A DNA stretch of 64,000 bases, taken from NCBI RefSeq assembly GCF_009914755.1, contig NC_060944.1; one strand, given 5' to 3'. Source of the DNA: the human T2T-CHM13v2.0 reference genome, Homo sapiens. The stretch's first letter is position 1. The number at the start of each line of letters is the position of its first letter. A program made the position numbers and the translations under genes. The notes under the pieces were generated by a model. The model searched no databases. It was not told the origin of the DNA and saw only the letters and a list, made by a program, of their open reading frames with translations. Shown here piece after piece: positions 39,789 through 55,110 of this stretch.

Positions 39789-41506
39789 TAGATCTTGAAT
39801 TTAGTGATTATCATCATCCCTGGGCCCTTTTTAAAAGAAGAGCAAATTGAGGCCAGAAAGGGAAATGGCACACACCGTTCATCAGGGACAGAAGCATTTG
39901 CTCCCACCTTGGTCTGTGTAGGTGGGGCTGAGCCTGAGGCTGGAGTATGTTTGCAGATCCTGTGGGGTGAGCTGTTCCCAGTGGGACCAGTTCCCAGTTC
40001 TCTGTGACATCCCTCTCTCTGCTCCTCCCCTTCGGACCTGCCCTGCAGGCTCCAAATATCGTGGTTGATATGGAAACTCTCCTGTTACACATTCCTTTTC
40101 CAGTTGTGTGACCCTGGCAGTGTCCTTCCTCTCTGGAGCTTTGGTTTCCCCATCTGTCTAATGGGAGTGATAAATGGAGTGATGGCTGGCACTGATTATC
40201 AAGCACTCGGGCATCTCCTCCAATTCTCCCAAAGGCCCCAAGGAAGAAGAGGGTCTGCCATTATCAGTGCCCTGTCCACCGGCAGAAAGTGTGAGGCAGA
40301 GCTCGTTGTGGAAAGCAAGGCTCATAATTTACCTCACTAACCTGTGTGGTTCTGGATGGCACAGAGCCAACTGGGACTCTCGTTTTTCTCATTCTGGTCC
40401 CTACTCCCTTCTTCGTGTGACCTAAGACCTTAACAGCTGTGTAAGTGAAAGTGGAACAAACAAAGCACCCCCTGAGAGACTTCTCATGATACCAAGGGGC
40501 AGCCCCAGAGGACAGACCAACGCTCCTCTCAATCCCTAAAAAGCCTCTGCCTGACTGAGCACAGCTGGGAGCAGTGATGTCAGGCCTGGCTTGGTAGATC
40601 AAAGCAGCAATGGCCCCAGGGCCTGATGGGTGCACGGGAGGGGCAGGGCTGAGTAGTTGATCTAGCTCTTAAAGATCCTTGAGCTTGAAGTCACCCTGGG
40701 ACAGCCTCAGCAAGCGCTCAAGGCTGGCACTTGGGAAAGGTCACATGGCTTTGATGCTTGGCCAGTTTTAGATGGGGAGAAGCACTACTATGTTAGAGTC
40801 TAGATTATCTTAGAAACCCAACTCTACCCAGGAGTTCCTGAAGAAAGACCCTGAAATCTCTCAGGCAGCAAACGGAGGTCAACTTGGTCACCAAGCGTGG
40901 CTTGGTGCCCACTCTGGACCCAGCTCTGTGCCAGGCCCTGGGGGAGATGAAGAAATGAGGCAGGCCTGTTTTCTTTCTGTGGCTTCAACAGAACATCTGT
41001 GGTTTCCCCCTAATTAATCGTAATACATGCTCACTGTTTAAAATTTATAAAATACAGAACAGCCAAAAGATGAAAGTTAAAGTCAATCCAAGTATCACCA
41101 ACAAAGAGAACAACTGTTAACATTTTGTTTTATCTTGTTCAGTGTTGCTATATCATATTTAGGTGTATGTGTAGATACAAACTCACATAATTATGTATTT
41201 AGTTTCTAAAAATGGAATCACTCAATTGTCCAGGAAATGTTTGTTGAACATTCACCCTGTGCCAAGCATGTGGCAGGCAGCGGACCAGAGGATGCGATTC
41301 CTACTGTCATGAAAGTTGCCTCTAAGCACTCTTTTGTCCCTTGCCTTTTTTCACTGTGTGCCTAACATTTTCAAATCACATGTATTTCTACAACATATTT
41401 ATTGGCTATCAAGAATTTCATCACATGGCTGAATTTGTCAAGCCCCACTTTTCTTGCGCATTTAGGTTGCTTCCCATTTTTTCACTACTGCAAACAGTGC
41501 CATCCC

Positions 41507-42080
41507 TGTAGCCTTGGGCTCATAAGGTGGATTGGCTTATTCCATATCAATTTCAACCCCCTCTTATATGCCTTCCTCAACTGCAGGGGCTGGAAGGGTG
41601 AAGATTGCATTTCCCAACTCCCTTGCAGCTAGGGTTTAGAGACCAATTAAGTAGTTCCCATTAAATGCATTTGTGTGAGGTTTTGAAGGCAAAAGTAAGA
41701 GAGAGGTCATCTTCCTCCTTTTGCTGGTTGTGAAGGCATTGAGACCTCCCACAGGTGTGTCTACAGTGCCTGGTCACCAACTCTTGGGTGTTGAGAAGTG
41801 GTGATGGGGCATCAGCCGCATCTGATGGCTGGAGTGAAGCTAAGGTGACAAACTCCTGAAGACAATAGTTCCCAAGCTTCTGGGTGGTGGCAGAGGCAGC
41901 AGCTTTCCTGGGCAGGCCAGTTTAGCGGTGACATTCTAAGAATCGCTCCTAGAAGCCCAGGTCCCTTGCTTCAGAATTTTCCATGATTTTGCAAGAACAC
42001 AACTTCTCGCATTAAATCTCCCTATGTTGAAAGTAGTGAATGTGGTTTCTGTGTCCTGCACCTGCACTCTGGGTGATATA
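41507..42080 (+). mobile_element. ERVL LTR (LTR33-like)
   Basis: TGCATTTCCCAACTCCCTTGCAGCTAGGG; end GTGGTTTCTGTGTCCTG..GATATA. Confidence 0.6.
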
Positions 42081-42465
42081 AGCTACATCTTTGAGCCTGT
42101 TGGCAACTATTTCCTTAGATTAAATCTCTACCATGGAACTTATAAGTCAAGAATTCATTTTTTTTTGTTTATTTAAATAGTTTTACTGAGACATAATGAA
42201 CATACCATGTTTAAAGTGTACAATTTGACGTTTAGTGTATTCACAAAGTTGTAGATCTATCATCATCATCTAATTTTGGAACATTTCTTCACCCCAAAAA
42301 GAAATTTCATGCCCATTAGGAGTCAATTCCTTACCTCTCTCCCCACTCCTAGGCAACCGTGAACCTATTTCCTATCTTTATAGGTTTACTTATTCTGGGC
42401 ATTTCATATAAATCAAATTATACAATATGTTATCTTTTGTGGCTGCCTTCTTTCACTTAGCATAA

Positions 42466-42908
<443 letters not shown>

Positions 42909-42997
42909 TGTTTCCACTTTTAAACTCTTGTGAATAATGATACTGTGAACATTTGTGTACGTGTTTTTGTGCGGATGTATATTTTAATTTCTCTTGG

Positions 42998-44030
<1,033 letters not shown>

Positions 44031-44384
44031 ATTTCTCTTGGATCTATATACCTAGAAGTGGAATTGCTGGATCACATGGTAACTCAATGTTTAACTTTTT
44101 CAGGGACTACCGAACCGCCTTCCAAAGTTGTTGCACGATTTCACATTCCCACTAGCAATGTATGAATTTCCAATTGTTCCATATCCTCGCCAAAACTTAA
44201 TGTTGTCTCTCATTTTCGTTAGAGCCAGTCTAGTGGGTATGAAGTCATATTTCATGGTTTAGATAGACATTTCCCTAATGACTGAAGATGCTGAACATCT
44301 TTTCATGTGCTTACTGGCCATTTGCATGTCTTCTTTGGAGAAATATCTCTTCAAATCCTTTGCCCATTTTTAGGTTATTTGACT

Positions 44385-44682
44385 TTTATTTATTTATTTA
44401 GAGACAGAGTCTCACTCTGTTGCCCAGGCTGGAGTGCAGTGGCACACCCTCGGCTCACTGCAACTTCCACCTCCCGAGTTCAGGTGATTCTCATGCCTCA
44501 GCCTACCCAGTAGCTGGGACTACAGGTGCCAGCCACCATGCCCAGCTAATTTTTGTATTTTTGGTAGAGATGGGGTTTCACCATGTTGGCCAGGTTGGTC
44601 TCAAACTCCTGACCTCAAGTGATCCACCTGCCTTGGCCTCCCAAAGTGCTGGGATTACAGGTGTAAGCCACTGCACCTGGCC
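44385..44682 (-). mobile_element. AluS inserted in L1MB
   Basis: Full dimer in antisense. Confidence 0.93.
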
Positions 44683-46252
44683 CCTTACATTTTATTATGT
44701 ATATGAGTTGCAAAGCTTCCTTATATACTCTGGATACAAATCCCTTAATAAGATATGTGATTTTCCTTTTTTTTTAGTTTATGTGGGTTGTCTTTCCACT
44801 TTCTTGATGATATTGTTTGCAGCAGAAAACTTTTTAATTGTAATGAAGTTCAGTCTTTTTTTCTTTAGCCATTTGTGCCTTTAATGTTATATATAAGAAG
44901 ACTTAGATTAACCCAAGGTCATGAAAGTTTAATCCTGTGTTTTTTTCTAAGAGTTTTATACTTTTAACTTACATTTAGGTCTATGATCCATTTTGAGTTG
45001 ATTTTTGTGTATGGTGTGGATGTGAATATCTAGTTGTCCTAGCACCATTTGTTGAAAGACTCTTCTTTCCCCTGTTGAATGAATGGTCTTGGTACCATTG
45101 TTGAAAGGCAATTGGCCATAAGCATAAAGGTTTATCTCTGGATGCTCAATTTTATTCCCTTAATCTATATGTCTATCCTTAGGCTGGTACCAAACTGTCT
45201 TGATTACCTGAGCATTGTAGTTAGTTTATTTGGGGTCTCTTGCAATTCCATATGAATTTTAGGATCATCTTGTCAATTTCTGCAAAAAAAAAAAAAAAAA
45301 AAAAAAAAAAACCAGCTGGAATTTTGACAGAGATTGCATTGAACCTTTAGACGAATTCCAAGAGTATTGCCATCTTAATAATATTAAGTCCTTTGATCCA
45401 TGAACATGGAGTCTGCCTCCATTTATTTAGATCTTTCATTTCTTTCAACAATATTTGGTAGTTTTATGTATACAAGTCTTGTATACCTTTTGTTAAATTT
45501 ATGCTTAAGAATTTATTCTTGTTGATGCTATTGTAAATTAAATTGTTTTCTTAATTTGATTTTAGATTGTTCACTGCTGGTGTATAGAAATATAATTGCT
45601 TTTTATGTATTGATTTTACATACAGGTTGCACAACCTTGCTGAATTTGTTTATTAGTTTTAGTAATTTTCTAGTTGATTCCTTACCATTTTCTTGTATAT
45701 AAAAGATTATATCATCTGCAAATATGGTTTTATTTCTTTCCCATCTGGATGTCTTTTATTTCATATTCTTAACTAATTGCTCTGGTTAGAACCTCCAGTA
45801 CGATGTTGAATAGAAGTGGCAAGAATGGGCATCGCTGTCTTGTTCCTGATCTTTGGGAGGGAAACATCTAATCTTTTGCCAGGAAGTATGATGTTAGCCG
45901 TAGGTTTTTCATCGATGCCCTTTATCAGGTTAAGGGCACCTATTTTTTTGAAGGCTTTTGTTTTGTTGTGTGAATCATGCTTCTTTGAGATACCAGTCAT
46001 TCTTTCTTGGCTACTCCCTTGGCCACATAATTCCCATGACAAGCTGGGTCACTACAAAGGAATAGCCTTCAGAAATGACCAAAATTCTCCAGGTAATGAA
46101 AAATCAGCAGAAAGGGGGAGGAGGGGTGGAGGAGGGAGGGGGGAGGACGGGGGAACACACATCCTCTTCCTTGATCCAATTACAATACTCCTGCTTGTGC
46201 AACCAAATACAGAACTGGCCCTTTGGTGACTGTAATTAAAATGTGGGTCCCT

Positions 46253-46530
46253 GGCTGGGCACAGTGGCTCACGCCTGTAATCCCCAGCACTTTGGGAGGC
46301 TGAGGCGCACAGATCACCTGAGATCAGGAGTTCAAGACCAGCCTGGCCAACATGGCAAAACCCTGTCTCTACTAAAAACACAAAAAAATTAGCTGGGTGT
46401 GGCAGGATGCGCCTGTAGTCCCAGCTACTCAGGAGGCTGAGATAGGAGAATTGCTTGAAGCCGGGAGGCAGATCGCGCCACTGCACTCCAGACTGGGAGA
46501 CAGAACGAGACTCCATCTCAAAAAAAAAAA
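46253..46530 (+). mobile_element. AluS with a right-arm deletion
   Basis: TSD AAAATGTGGGTCCCT. Confidence 0.93.
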
Positions 46531-46628
46531 TGTGGGTCCCTTTATGAGCTTTCAACTAAATTAGTGGTTCTCAACCCTCAGTCCAAAGCACCCCCCACTT
46601 TAATCACTTTTTAATTGAGGTATAGCAT

Positions 46629-47003
46629 TGTGACAGTTGATTCTATGTGTCAACTTGGCTAGGCCACCATCTTTTTAAAGATGAAATTAGTATTTAAATC
46701 AGCCGAATTGAGTAAAGCAGATCACGAAGGTAAAGCAGCAGACAGAGTGAAGCAATCTGATTACCGTGTGGGTGGGCCTTGGTCAATCCATTAAAAGCCT
46801 TCATAGGAAAGGACTGAGTTCTGCCAGCAGGCGGCCTTCAGACTTGAACTGCAATGTCAGCTCTTTTCTGGGTCTCCGGCCTGCCAGCCTAGCCTGCAGA
46901 TTTGGGACTTGCCAGCCTCCAGTCATGTAAGCCAATTCCTTAAAATAAAATAAATCTCTCCCCTCTTCTCTGCTCTCTCTGTCTCTCTCTCTGTCTCTCT
47001 CTA

Positions 47004-47044
<41 letters not shown>

Positions 47045-47086
47045 CTATTGGTTCTGTTTTCTGTTTCTCTGGAGAACCCTAATACG
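46629..47086 (+). mobile_element. MLT2 (ERVL) solo LTR with internal (TC)n(CA)n
   Basis: TGTGACAGTTGATTCTATGTGTCAACTTGG start, GTTTCTCTGGAGAACCCTAATAC end, TSD AGCAT/AGCCT. Confidence 0.88.
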
Positions 47087-47534
47087 AGCCTATATACAGA
47101 AGAGTGCACATCACTGTACAACTTGATACATTTTTACAAACTGAACCCATCAGATCACGAAACAGGAACATGACCATCACCCCGGAAGTTCCCCTTGTGC
47201 TTCCATCCACCCTCCATCCCCCACAGGTAATCACTGTCCTGCCTTTTAATAGCATGGATGAGTTGTGCTGATTCTAGAACTTTCTATAAGTGGTGTCACT
47301 CAGCACGCACTCTTTTGTGGCTGGCTTCTCTCACTCAACCTTATGCTCGTGTGAGACCCATCTGTACTGCCAAGTGTAGTTGTGAGTGACTGATTCTTCC
47401 TTCTGTGGGTGCTCCATTGTGTGGCTCACCTCAGTTTATGCATCCATTCAGCTTCGAGATATTCAAGATATTCATGTTGTTTCCAGTTTGGAACTATTAC
47501 AAATGGTGCTGCTGTAAACATTCTTGCACATATC

Positions 47535-47836
47535 TTTTTTTTTTTTTTTTTTTCAGACAGGGTCTCACTCTGTCACCCAGGCTGGAGTGGTGTGCCACCA
47601 TCAGGGCTCACTGCAGCCTCTACCTCCCTAGGCTCCAGCGATCCTCCCACCTCAGCCTCCCAGGTAGCTGGGACTACAGGTGCGTGCCACTATACCTGGC
47701 TAATTTTTGTATTTTTTGGTAGAGACGAGGTTTTTTCACGTTGCCCAGGCTGGTCTCAAACTCCTGGGCTCAAGCAATCTACCACCTCGGCCTCCAAAAG
47801 TGTTGGGGTTACAGCCATGAGCCCCTGCACCTGGCC
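47535..47836 (-). mobile_element. AluJ
   Basis: TSD CACATATCTTT. Confidence 0.92.
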
Positions 47837-49324
47837 ACATATCTTTTGATGAACACGTGAACACATTGTAGCTGGGTTTAAACCCACAAGTGTGATTACC
47901 CAAGCCCCCTTTCTCTATCAAACATTTTAAGCTTTCTTTCATTTAAATGTTCGAAATGAAACTTATGGATGATAATGCACACACACATCAATGCAATGTC
48001 TCTAATATAAAGGAGACATAAAATGGAAGTGACTTATGATAAAATAATGTGTATTTCAATATATTCTTGGGCACAACGACCCCAGAAGGCATAATGAAGA
48101 TGCCAGAACCCTGTATGCCCATAATTAGTAAGTCTGGATTCCAGAGATGTAAGTAGACCAGACGCCATGGCACAAAAGAAGTCAGAAAAATGAAATGGCA
48201 GGAGGTGAGGGTGAAGATTAAAATCTGCTGTTTGGGCAAGACATAACAGACTTGACTTATTTGTATGTGATAACAGAAAGAAAGACTTTAATTGGAGTAA
48301 GGAGAGTACCCCAAGACACGCTGCCGCCTGTCAGTGGGGGAAATAAGGAAGGTGAGCCTCAGTGTGCAGTGACAAAGAATTCCCATTTTATGACACAGGC
48401 CACGGTAGCTGTGTGGTCACCCAGAAAATGCATCTTCCTTGAAAATCCCATCTGCAATGGAGGGGTGCATTCTGCCTTCAGATCCCTCATGAGGCAGAGG
48501 CGACATGCAGATAGATCATGAAAGCAGCTTTAATCCAAAATGCTGTGAAGGAGCCATGTGGGGCACCTATGGAAACAATTTCTGAGCAAGATTGGAAAAC
48601 AAATGGTGACCCCATCATCTCAATGTATCCTTTTCACAACATAGATTCAAAACGATCATCCTTATGGTCATTTTGTGAGATTCAGTGAGATTTCTTGCAT
48701 CTCTACTAATTTACTAATACTTGTCTCTAAGATTGTAAAAAAGAGTCACACATCTCCTCTATTATAAGTATCTGCAGTTGGTTTCACTGTTTTTGCTGTA
48801 ACTGCATTCATGCCCTGGAACCCTTTTCCTCTAGATATGTAGCTGGCAATGGTTTAACACATTGACTAGACAGGCTGTGAGGAATGAGAATGTTATTCAA
48901 TAATTGACTCACTGTCATTGCATTTATGTGTCCTTGTCAATAACAACCTTTTTCTAAGTTATTGAGTTTTTCACGTAACTTCTTGTAGAAACCTTTCAGT
49001 ACTGCAATGTACTAAACGCTGACCTATATGTAGTTGTCATAGGTTTGCATCTGGCAGACGTTCGAAAGCTATGAAGGATGTTGGGCAAATTTCTGTTGTG
49101 TGGGGCTGTCCCATCCATTGTGGGGTGCCCAGCATTCCCGATTCTTGCCCTGTAAATGTCACTAGAGCCCCCAGTGCAAAAACGACCCCCCATGAATTAT
49201 GTAAAATGTCCCCTAGAGAACTACTGATTTAAACCCACTCCATCTCAATCTTAACCTTTTCACCCCACACTAAGTTGTTGGCATTTGAGTCCAAGGTCGG
49301 GGGTTGGTAGTGACTCTTATTATA

Positions 49325-49647
49325 TTGTTTTTCATTTCTTTTTAGAGACAGGATCTTGCTTTGTCACCTGGGTTGGAGTGCAGTGGCACATTCAGAGCTC
49401 ACTGCAGCCTCGATCACTGGGGCTCAAGCGATCCTCCCACCTCAGCCTCCTGAGTAGCTAGGTCTACGGGTGCGTGCCAACACGCCCAGCTAAATTTTTT
49501 GGTGTGTTTTTTGTAGAGACAGGGTGTCTCTATGTTGCCCAGGGTTGTCTTAAGCTTCTGGCCTTAAGACAAGGCCAGAAGTGGTGATCCTCCCTCCTCA
49601 GCCTCCCAAATTGCTGGGATTACAGGCACAAGCCACTGTGCCCAGCC
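49325..49647 (-). mobile_element. AluJ
   Basis: Full dimer in antisense. Confidence 0.9.
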
Positions 49648-50519
49648 ATTCTTATTATATTTTATTTTCTTATATTCAGCCCATCGGTCCTGCTGGTCAG
49701 GGTCTTTGGACATCCTGGTTCTGATATCCAATGCCTTATTGCCCCTCCTAGCTGTGCTGTACTGGGCCATCTTCCCACCTTAAAATGATTTATAGACATG
49801 TTGAACAGGATGGGGCTGGGGACAGAGCCCCGTGACATTCCACTGTGGACCTTTGTCAACGGCAATAGCAAGCTGATCGTTGATATCTTCTGGCTTCTGG
49901 TTATCATAGGGATACAGCCCAGCTTCCATCAATTTGTTCTTCCAGTGCCTAAATGTTAGAACTCCATGCAGGTGGAAAGAGTGTATCTCAGAAGACAGAA
50001 GTGACTTGCCCAGGCTCACTCAGCAAGTCAGAGTCAGAGCAGGGGCAAAGTAAGCTGCCTGAGGCTGACCCACTCCAGGGCTTAGGGGATTTAAATTCCT
50101 CTGATGGCTACTCAGCAGCTCAGAGTGGACCATGCACTGCTCTGATCTAGCCTAAAAAGGGGTGGAATCCGAGGGCCTGCCCCAGCCAAGCACACGGTGT
50201 CCATTAGCCTATTTTGGCATCTGGTCTGACTCTGGAGAATGGGCAGGGGGCCAGTGCTCTGCAGAGAGGGTGGGTTGAGCAGACCCATCTGATTAGAGGC
50301 ACCAGCAGCTGCCTACTCAGGCTTCTGGGACAGAGTGACGGACAGAGCCCCCACATGCTCTGTGCTTCAGACCTAAGAACATAATCTCTACCCTCTGGGC
50401 CTCAGTTCTGCTACCTGTAAAGTGGGAGCAATTCCTCCTCCCTTGCTTACTTCCCAGAGGTATTGTAAGGAACCAGCAAAGAGGACTAGACTGTTTAGGC
50501 CTTCTAGAACATTCCAAAC

Positions 50520-50975
50520 ACATTGTCCTTTGCTCTGAGAGAAATGGGAGCCACTGAAGGAGTTTGAACAGAGGAGAGAAGCAATGTGCCTTAGATTTTT
50601 AAAAGGATGTTCCGGATACTGTGTGAGGAACAGATCACATTACGGGGAAGCTTGGAGCTGCTGAACCAGTAAGGAGACTATTGAAATAATCCAGGCCAGA
50701 GACAATGGTGGAGGTAGGGGAGCTGGTGAGAAAGGGTCACGTTCTGGATACATCTTGAAAGTAGAGCCAACAGAATTTACTAACAGACTGAGTGTGCGTG
50801 TGAGAGGCGTGTCAAAGGTGATTCCAAGGGTTTTGACCTCAGTAGGAGGGAGTTGTCATTGCCCGGGAAGGGAAGGTTGCAGGAGTTGCTGGTTTAGTGG
50901 GGCGAAAGCAGAAGTTTGAGTTTGAGACATGTGAAGTTTGAGTTGCCTCAGACATCCAAATGGAAATGTCAGGTA
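50520..50975 (-). mobile_element. L2a fragment
   Basis: GGGAGCCACTGAAGGAGTTTGAACAG ... GACATCCAAATGGAAATGTC. Confidence 0.8.
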
Positions 50976-51294
50976 TGTCATCATTAAATAAATAAGCCCT
51001 GCTGCCTCCTGAGGAGCACATGACTTCAACAGCATGGACTCAGCTTTCTAAGAAATGGCAGCTTGGTCAGACATGAGTGTCAGCATTCGAGCACCCACCT
51101 CCTGGCCACTGTTTTCTCTGTCTGCTCAGCTTCTTAATATACTCGCCTCATCTCCCATGTCTCCCCTGGTGCCTCAGTTCCAGCCCTACTCAATGGGTAG
51201 CTGCTTTTTCTCTAAGACACTCTGGGTCGACCTGGAAACCCCAAAAGCAAATTCTGAATACTTGAGGCAGCTTGTATTTAAAATCAGATCATCC

Positions 51295-51402
51295 TGTCTC
51301 TTTAGCCCAGGAGTTTGAGGCTGCAGTGAGTTATGATTGCACCACTGCACTCCAGCATGGGCAACAGAACAAGATCTCATCTCTTAAAAAAAAAAAAAAA
51401 GA
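51295..51402 (+). mobile_element. 5'-truncated Alu (3' ~100 bp)
   Basis: 15-bp TSD AAAATCAGATCATCC on both sides. Confidence 0.9.
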
Positions 51403-52228
51403 AAAAATCAGATCATCCCAAACAAATGCCCCCCGGTGTGTAAAAATCTACCCAGGTGTTTTTGTGCACTGTAGAGACAGATATGTTTATTTCCTATAAG
51501 TGGATTATTATGCACGCAGGAGAGCTCTGAACCCATCCCTGCCATGAACAGGTGGGGAACTATTAGTGAGTCAGTCTTTGAGCCTGCGTGCTCATCTGTA
51601 AAATGGGCACAAGGGAAGTGACAATCAGAGCGGAGTTCAGGACCACATCTTCTGGACACTGACTCAGCCGGGCTCCTGAGCTGGTCTTCTGGGTTCGGCC
51701 AGAATCACTGATTGTTCAGGAAGCAACTCCTGGAGACCAGATTGTTCCAAGAAGGAGAGGAAACTCAAAGCTTAGAAATGGGTGGTGGCTTTCCTATGTC
51801 ACACAGCAACGCAGGTCTGAACTGGGGCTGGGACCAGGCTCTCCTGAGGTCAGTTCAGGGGATCACCCTCACCCTGCCTCCTCACTGCATACACACACTC
51901 CCAGGGTCTCTGAACTTAAAGCAGCCCACTTCCTAGCCAAAGAAACATTCCCTCGACCCCACCTCGTGTTCCACTTTGCCAGGGACCCTCCCTCCCTTCT
52001 CTCTCCTCCCTGCCTGGACATTCTCTCTGTACTGCTGCCACCTGCTCAGCTGCTTGGTTTTACGCAGCCCCCCATGAATTCAACCTTCAGAGAAAAGTCT
52101 AGATTTCTGGCCTCTGTGGGTCCATGGACCCAAGTATAAAGTTTATAGAGCATTTACTTTGTGCCAAATACTGTTATGAGTGATCAATCACTTACCAACC
52201 CTCTTAGCAACCTTAAGACATTGAAACA

Positions 52229-52583
<355 letters not shown>

Positions 52584-53653
52584 TCAAAAGGCAGAGCTGG
52601 GATTTTAAAAAGTGGCCATCAGGCTCTTAACCCCCATGCTCTGGTGGCCAGAAATCTTGCCCTGATCAATTTCTATGGTCACTGCTTCAGGCAGCCCCCT
52701 CAGCTCTCACCCCTGCCTGTCCCTGGTCCAAGAGAGCCAGGCATCGGGGGGTAGCCTCCAGGGAAGATATGTCCAGGCTAAAAAGCAGGGAAGGCTATAG
52801 TGGGTCTGGGTCAGTATCAGAGAGGGACATGGGCTAGGACAGGCTCACTCTCAGTACCGTCCACCCATAGCTGAGTTTGGCTCTGCCAGGGGCTGGGCCA
52901 AGCCCTGCAGGCCAAGCAGGAGACACCCCCCAGGGAAGGCCAGGCCCTGAAAAACAAGCTTCCTCCCTCTGCCAGCTCAGCCTGCCCAGCCCCGCTGGAG
53001 GCCTCAGTGGCAAAGCCGCCATCCTCCAGGGCCAAGGCTGGGCTTTCAGGACATTCAGGCCCCAGAGCCTGAGGCCCCCAGCCCTGCCCTGAGCTCTAGC
53101 CTTTTCTTCTGAAAAGAGACCCCTGTTCTCTCCCTGAGCACATATTTTGACCCTTTATTTTCTGCCTAGGCAAGAAGCAGGGAGAGGAGCCCCAGAATGC
53201 CTGTAAGGACATCTAAGCTGTCCATTTAACAACTGGGGAAACTGAGGCACACAGCAGAGAAGTGGCTTACTAAGATTAGTCTGCTGGTAAAGTGGTGGGC
53301 CTGGGACTAGAACTCAGATCTGAGTCACTCTCAAGTCTAGCCATCCACCGCATTGCAGGGCCTCTAAGAGGAGAGGAGAGGCTTGGGAGAATGCAGGGTA
53401 TGCTTGGAACACCCCCAAAGAGGAGTGTGTCAAACAGATGCTCCTGTGATGCCAGGGTCCACACTTTCCTGGTAACAAGAGAGTTAGGACAGAGCCCTCA
53501 GGACTAAAACCATTTCCTTAGAAAAAGGGAAAACCAAAACAAAGCAAAAAATAAAAACACAAACAGTCAAACCCACAATGAGCAGTCATACTCACCACTC
53601 CCTCACATGGAGGAACAAACTTAGATGGAAGATCTGGAGGTGGCTTGGTGTTT

Positions 53654-54333
53654 CCATCCATCCATCTTTCCATCCGTCCATCTATCCATCCATCCATCCA
53701 TCCATCCATCCATCCAACCATCCATCCATCCATCTATCCATCCAACCATCCATCCATCCATCCAACCATCCATCCATCCATCCATCCAACCATCCAACCA
53801 TCCATCCATCCATCCATCCATCCATCCATCCATCCATCCAAACATCCATCCATCCATCCGTCCATCCATCCATCCGTCCGTCCATCCATCCATCCGTCCG
53901 TCCATCCATCCATCCATCCATCCAACCATCCAACCATCCATCCATCCATCCAAACATCCATCCATCCAACCATCCAAACATCCATCCATCCATCCATCCA
54001 TCCAAACATCCATCCATCCGTCCATCCATCCATCCGTCCGTCTATCCATCCATCCATCCATCCATCCATCCAACCATCCATCCATCCATCCATCCATCCA
54101 TCCATCCAAACATCCATCCATCCGTCCGTCCATCCATCCATCCGTCCGTCCATCCATCCGTCCGTCCGTCCATCCGTCCGTCCATCCATCCGTCCATCCA
54201 TCCATCCATCCATCCACCCAACCATCCAACCATCCATCCATCCATCCAAACATCCATCCATCCAACCATCCAAACATCCATCCATCCATCCATCCGTCCA
54301 AACATCCATCCATCCATCCATCCGTCCGTCTAT

Positions 54334-54364
<31 letters not shown>

Positions 54365-54748
54365 AACATCCATCCATCCATCCATCCATCCGTCCGTCTA
54401 TCCATCCATCCATCCATCCATCCATCCGTCCGTCCGTCTGTCCATCCGTCCATCCATCCATCCATCCATCCATCCATCCAACCATCCATCCATCCATCCA
54501 TCCATCCATCCAACCATCCATCCATCCATCCAAACATCCATCCATCCATCCAACCATCCATCCATCCATCCATCCATCCATCCATCCATCCAACCATCCA
54601 TCCATCCATACATCCATCCAACCATGCATCCATCCATCCATCCATCCATCCATCCATCCATCCATCCATCTGTCCATCCATCCATCCATCCATCCATCCA
54701 TCCATCCATCCATCCTTCCATCCATCCATCCATCAATCCATCCATTCA
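53654..54748. repeat. ~1.1 kb (CATC)n/(GGAT)n array with variant units (CAAC, CGTC, AAAC)
   Basis: Direct reading. Explains the PSIH/MDGW ORFs in the track. Confidence 0.99.
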
Positions 54749-55110
54749 TCAAACATTTGTTTGCCCACATAATGTATTCCAGGTGCTATGCTGGGTGATT
54801 GGGATTTAGCTTTTCACAAACCAGTCTCAATTCTCCTGGAAACAGACAAGACAAGAGGCAATTATCAATATGCACAAATGTAGCCAGCTCCATGTTGTTG
54901 GGTCAAGAACAGGAGACATAGATCCCGAAAGAGGGCACCAAACCTAACCTAGGAAAGAGCATGGTCAGGGAAGGCATCTAGGAGGAGGTGATGTTGGAGC
55001 TATCTTTTAAACGATATGTAGGAGTTAGCCAGGTAGGCAAGTGGGAACAGCAGGTGCCAAGGCCTGGTGGGGCAAGACAGTGCAGCCTCTTTAAGGAACT
55101 GCTGGGAAGC
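54722..55110 (-). mobile_element. L2 3' end whose tail merges into the (CATC)n array
   Basis: CATTCATCAAACATTTGTTTG..ATGTATTCCAGGTGCTATGCTGGG. Confidence 0.7.

Larger units (their letters stand above)
46562..49226. mobile_element. hAT-Charlie-type DNA transposon relic hosting nested L1M, MLT2 and Alu
   Basis: TIR-like TAGTGGTTCTCAA at 46562 and AGAGAACTACTG ending at 49226. Charlie-like subterminal sequence at 49060-49226. Confidence 0.5.

Noticed and set aside
40876-40890. DR3-like AGGTCA-ACT-TGGTCA, and scattered single AP-1/E-box/half-site motifs elsewhere
   Set aside because: Isolated short motifs are expected by chance in 64 kb.
53578-54809. Long ORFs (up to 406 aa; PSIH/MDGW repeats)
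   Set aside because: Stop-free translation of the (CATC)n array. No evidence of a gene.
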